Source of the DNA: an uncultured bacterium
Lineage (GTDB): Bacteria > B130-G9
Assembly: GCA_965372715.1 (NCBI GenBank)
Contig: CBDVDH010000001.1
Coordinates: forward strand, 1 to 64,000
DNA length: 64,000 nt
Direction: 5' to 3'
The position numbers and the translations under genes are program-made. Shown here in pieces: positions 60,595-64,000 of the stretch. Every line of letters starts with the position of its first letter. The first letter of the stretch is position 1. The notes under the pieces were generated by a model. It ran no database searches. It had not been told where the DNA came from and saw nothing but the letters and a program-made list of their open reading frames with translations.

Positions 60595-61395
60595 TCATTC
60601 GTTGATGCTGACGCGGATCTCTTCTGCGGTTACGTCTGCGACCACTGTAACAGGTGTGCCATCATCTGCGACCGCCACACTGCACGTTCCCATTATTCCC
60701 ACAGAGCTGCACGATGCACTAAAAATGAGGAAAGTATCGCCGTCCTCATTCTGCGCAGGCCCAACTTCCCACATACCAATACCCGTGAACGATTGACCGC
60801 CTCCACCTTCGCTACAAGGCGTCCAATAATACCTTTGCGCACGAATGCCCATCAAGAGAACCTGCTGAGCTACCGAGCCGATGTTCTGCTCCCTTGGCTG
60901 CTCGACGAGAAATGTCACTGCTTCGATGCTGATGTCACTCCTGAAATCGAGAGTTCCTGGGTCAGTCAATGCGGCGAGGAGATAGCATTCAGCCCTATCG
61001 TCAGTTGGCCAGACCGCACCAGGTATCTTGGGTAGCTGAACAAATACATGACGCATATGTAGTGGATTCGGAAGGAGTACATTGGGCGCCCATGGTGCCG
61101 GGGCACTCGTCCACGTCGTTTCATTCGCAGTGTATATGGTCCCATCCGGTAGCAGCAGACCGAAATACACATCCACATGGATCGCCTCGTTCCGGTTCTT
61201 GATTGTTACCTCAAAAGATGGGGATGTCCATGTCCACCATGTGCTAGGCCATAGCTCATTTATGGATATCGATGGATATGTGCTAGCAGCCAAAGGCAGG
61301 GAGAGACCAAAGAGCCAAATGAGAGCGATCGCGCCCCAAATCAATGTCTTCGGTTTGCAGACTGCATCTAAACCGTAGTGTAATTCTCGCATCAT
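60595..61395 (-). CDS. Exported two-domain hypothetical protein
   Basis: Signal peptide; first domain resembles the C-terminal domains of the giant protease; second domain has AQRYY..P..EGGGGQSFTG. Confidence 0.65.
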   Translation of the reverse strand: MMRELHYGLDAVCKPKTLIWGAIALIWLFGLSLPLAASTYPSISINELWPSTWWTWTSPSFEVTIKNRNEAIHVDVYFGLLLPDGTIYTANETTWTSAPAPWAPNVLLPNPLHMRHVFVQLPKIPGAVWPTDDRAECYLLAALTDPGTLDFRSDISIEAVTFLVEQPREQNIGSVAQQVLLMGIRAQRYYWTPCSEGGGGQSFTGIGMWEVGPAQNEDGDTFLIFSASCSSVGIMGTCSVAVADDGTPVTVVADVTAEEIRVSINE

Positions 61396-61527
61396 ACTTC
61401 CCCTGACTTGGCGATTTCAGGAGCCATATCGTTACATCATGGTCAATTTACCATTGCCTACCATCCTGCCTATCGAGTGAAACGGCGACTTCCATTAGGC
61501 GGAAATGGGTCTTAATCGGCGATTCTC

Positions 61528-61649
61528 AACCACAAGGACACGAAGGCACAAAGGGAAGGAAGTCATCTTGCTGGGTCGATTCGAGACCACATCGGCCGTT
61601 GGCGTCGGCTTTCTTTCGCCTTTCTTGGTGTCTTTGTGCCTTTGTGGTG
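61528..61649. repeat. Inverted 8-9-mer repeat arms
   Basis: accacaaggacacgaaggcacaaag ... cttggtgtctttgtgcctttgtggt. Confidence 0.7.
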
Positions 61650-62107
61650 AAGATCTGTTCTCGGAGTGATAGCGCAGACCAGGTTAGCGACGGAAACTAA
61701 TTGTCCGAAGGGTCCCTACTTCAATCGGAACCTGATTGCCAGCTTCGCTTTTCAGGCGACTGCCTTGCCATCATCAATGCCGGGACTTACCCTCGGTCCG
61801 CGGGAGCAGGTTGACCACTCTGGACCTGGCGGGAGCGGCTGCAAGAGAAGGTCATCAGCAGGACCGTTGAAGCGCAGTGAAAGGCAGAAGACCCAGAACG
61901 AAGATAAGTCTGTCACTCCTCGTTTTCATCTCGAGGCCTCATTGGAGTTACCGGCCGTCAACTGGTAACGTGAATCGAACAGCTCATTCAGTCTCAAGCG
62001 AGGTTACGGCTCGTGAGGCGCCCTTGCAAGGTGTTCTTCGCCGGGGCACTATTCTTGCATCTGCACGTGCCAGGAACCATGACGCAAAGGGGCTTTTAGT
62101 GGCGAAG

Positions 62108-63316
62108 ATGCGTGGGTCGATGTTTATGCTCGTCTTGCTTGCAGCTGCGTTCGCGGCCACGCTGGTCGTTCTTTATCCGGAGTGGCAGAAGCTGGCGGAT
62201 ACAGCGTCCGGGCATCGGGGGGCCTCACCGGTGGTGGTTGGGTCGGACAGACAAGCCAGTCAGACCGCGCGGTCGGCAGGGCAAAGGCCCCATGGGCACC
62301 TCGAGAATGCCTGGTCGTTCCAGACGCAGCACAAGTGGCAGTATCGGGACCCATTCCTGAAGAGGGCGGTTGACCAGCTCGGCGGGATGATCTGCTCGGA
62401 CATCGTGGTCGGCCAGAATAGGGTCTATTTTGGCAGCGAGGGCGGCTTCGTCTATTGCCTGTCGCTCGATGGAGAGCCGATTTGGAGCTTCGAGACGTTG
62501 GGCGCCAGGGTTGCCGCGCCCGTGGTGACTAGGGACAGACTGTTCTGCGGCTCCGAGGACAACTACCTCTATGCGCTCGAGCCTGCGACTGGGCGGCAGG
62601 TCTATCGCTACAACGCCGAGTCCGAGGTCTTGACAACGCCCCTTGTGGTCGGCGACCGGCTGATATTTACCGCGCGAATGGGCCGCGTCTTCGCGCTAAG
62701 GCCCGACTTTGGCGGGGAGCTTTGGACCTATCAGCACGATCACCTAATAAGGTCTTCCCCGGCGAGTGATGGGGAGTTCGTATTCGTCGGGCTCGATTCA
62801 GGGGAGATTCTGGCGCTCCAGCTCGCATCCGGCGAGCTCAAGTGGTCGCTTGATGCAAAGAGTGCAGTCCGTTCGACGCCCATCGTATGGAACGGCAGGC
62901 TGCTCGTCGCATGCTGGGATGGCAGACTGCTCTCGATCTCGATCGCCACTCGTCAATTGCTGTTCGAGGCGCAGCTCAAGGGCTTTGTCAGATCGACGCC
63001 GCAGCTCGTCGGCGACCGCATCTTCATATCGACCCTCGATGGGTTCGTGTTTGCCGTCTCGGCCACGGATGGAAGCGTCATCTGGTCGCGGAAGTGCGGC
63101 GATACGATCGAGGCCTCGTCTCTGGTCTCGCCGGACGGGAAGAGGCTTTATGTGGGCACGTGGAGCGGATTGTTCTGCACTCTTGACGTCGGGACAGGCG
63201 AGATTGTGGCGACGAGGGACCTCGGCTCGATGATCGCAAGGCAAGCCGCATTCACGCCGGACGGGAAGATACTGGTCGGAACCAAGGATGGCCGCCTCTA
63301 TTGCCTGTGGCGATAG
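62108..63316 (+). CDS. PQQ-like beta-propeller repeat protein (BamB-like)
   Basis: N-terminal TM segment; about 8 repeats of S.P.V....V..GS.DG..YAL...G...W. Confidence 0.88.
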   Translation: MRGSMFMLVLLAAAFAATLVVLYPEWQKLADTASGHRGASPVVVGSDRQASQTARSAGQRPHGHLENAWSFQTQHKWQYRDPFLKRAVDQLGGMICSDIVVGQNRVYFGSEGGFVYCLSLDGEPIWSFETLGARVAAPVVTRDRLFCGSEDNYLYALEPATGRQVYRYNAESEVLTTPLVVGDRLIFTARMGRVFALRPDFGGELWTYQHDHLIRSSPASDGEFVFVGLDSGEILALQLASGELKWSLDAKSAVRSTPIVWNGRLLVACWDGRLLSISIATRQLLFEAQLKGFVRSTPQLVGDRIFISTLDGFVFAVSATDGSVIWSRKCGDTIEASSLVSPDGKRLYVGTWSGLFCTLDVGTGEIVATRDLGSMIARQAAFTPDGKILVGTKDGRLYCLWR

Positions 63317-63376
63317 GCGAGCTGGGATGATCTTCTGTCCAACAGCTTCCCCAAAGCAGGGCCGTCAATCGCCTCC

Positions 63377-63410
63377 ATCTGATTATTGGGGTCCCCCCCA
63401 ATAATCAGAT
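63377..63410. terminator. Perfect 15-bp hairpin after the beta-propeller gene
   Basis: ATCTGATTATTGGGG-tccc-CCCCAATAATCAGAT. Confidence 0.5.
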
Positions 63411-63432
63411 TGATACGGACAGGAGGCGAAGA

Positions 63433-63611
63433 TTTGGAGTGCGGCGGCCCGACGCCGCTTTCATTGGTGGTGGCTTGACACCACCCTCAGACAGATTGCT
63501 CTTTCGACCTTTCAGACAGCGGTCTGGAGGCCTGGACGCCAATCGACGTAGGGCCCGATGCCGCGTCAGGCCGCGGCGAGCCAAAGCGGTGCCGGGACAC
63601 CGCACTCCAAA
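63433..63611. repeat. REP/MITE-like element with TTTGGAGTGCGG terminal inverted repeats, copy 2
   Basis: Inverted homologue of 21804-21978. Confidence 0.8.
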
Positions 63612-63807
63612 ATCACCCAATGGGTGCGACTCACACCCCGACCCCCGTCCCACTCATCACCTTTGGGCAGCCGCAAAACGTCTTAGCCCCACCATCTTTC
63701 TTGCCGTCAATGTGATTATTCGCGTCCCAGATTGGGGTTGAAACTTCGTTGGTGGCTGGCGTATTATTACTTTGTCTTCTGCCTGGCCGCAAAATGGAGG
63801 CATCTTC

Positions 63808-64000
63808 ATGCTCAGATATGCGCTGATTCTTCTCACCCTGGTTCTATCAACGTTCGGGCTGGTGTGGGCCGGCAACTATTATGTCGATGTCAATGGGGGC
63901 AGCGATTCCAATTCCGGTAGCTCCGCCCAGGATGCTTGGAAAACGATTACGCACGCACTCGATAGTGTTCAGGACTTGGCCTCGGCCTCGAATCCGGTCA
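63808..64000 (+). CDS. Secreted DUF1565-like protein, partial (runs off the window)
   Basis: GGAGG RBS; MLRYALILLTLVLSTFGLVWAGNYYVDVNGGSDSNSGSSAQDAWKTITHAL. Confidence 0.8.
   Translation, partial: MLRYALILLTLVLSTFGLVWAGNYYVDVNGGSDSNSGSSAQDAWKTITHALDSVQDLASASNPV

Noticed and set aside
1-64000. tRNA/rRNA genes, intact transposases or prophage genes
   Set aside because: None recognised by eye; a tRNAscan/Rfam run would be needed to exclude small RNAs

Overview
GC-rich chromosomal window from what looks like a diderm bacterium (signal-peptide and beta-barrel-like proteins, a sigma28-type promoter, class I LysRS). Most genes are housekeeping or envelope genes: mscS, putP, lysS, manC, GT2 glycosyltransferases, rng, a TPR protein, MATE, a DtxR-regulated feoAB locus, radical SAM enzymes and tandem csp genes. 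There are also two large secreted cysteine-protease-like proteins, one about 3900 aa with 26 Ig-like repeats. The standout is an intact, translationally coupled 8-gene operon at 5776-13512 encoding a complete type III-D-like CRISPR effector: Cas10, Cas7-Csx10 fusion, Cas11, Cas7, Cas7, Csx19, Cas7 and a second Cas11-like protein. By visual alignment it has lost the catalytic motifs I could check (Cas10 GGDD replaced by SPSE, no HD motif, Csm3-type Asp missing in three Cas7 domains) but keeps Zn fingers and G-rich loops. No CRISPR array, cas6, cas1/cas2 or CARF effector is visible in the window, suggesting an exapted, nuclease-dead RAMP complex. Other observations: two families of dispersed palindromic mini-elements (one splits a REP), an in-frame palindromic insert in lysS, a degenerate ychF 3' fragment, TA and IS remnants, and a nuclease-less type IIG-like methyltransferase. 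All family calls are from motif recognition by eye; no database searches were run.
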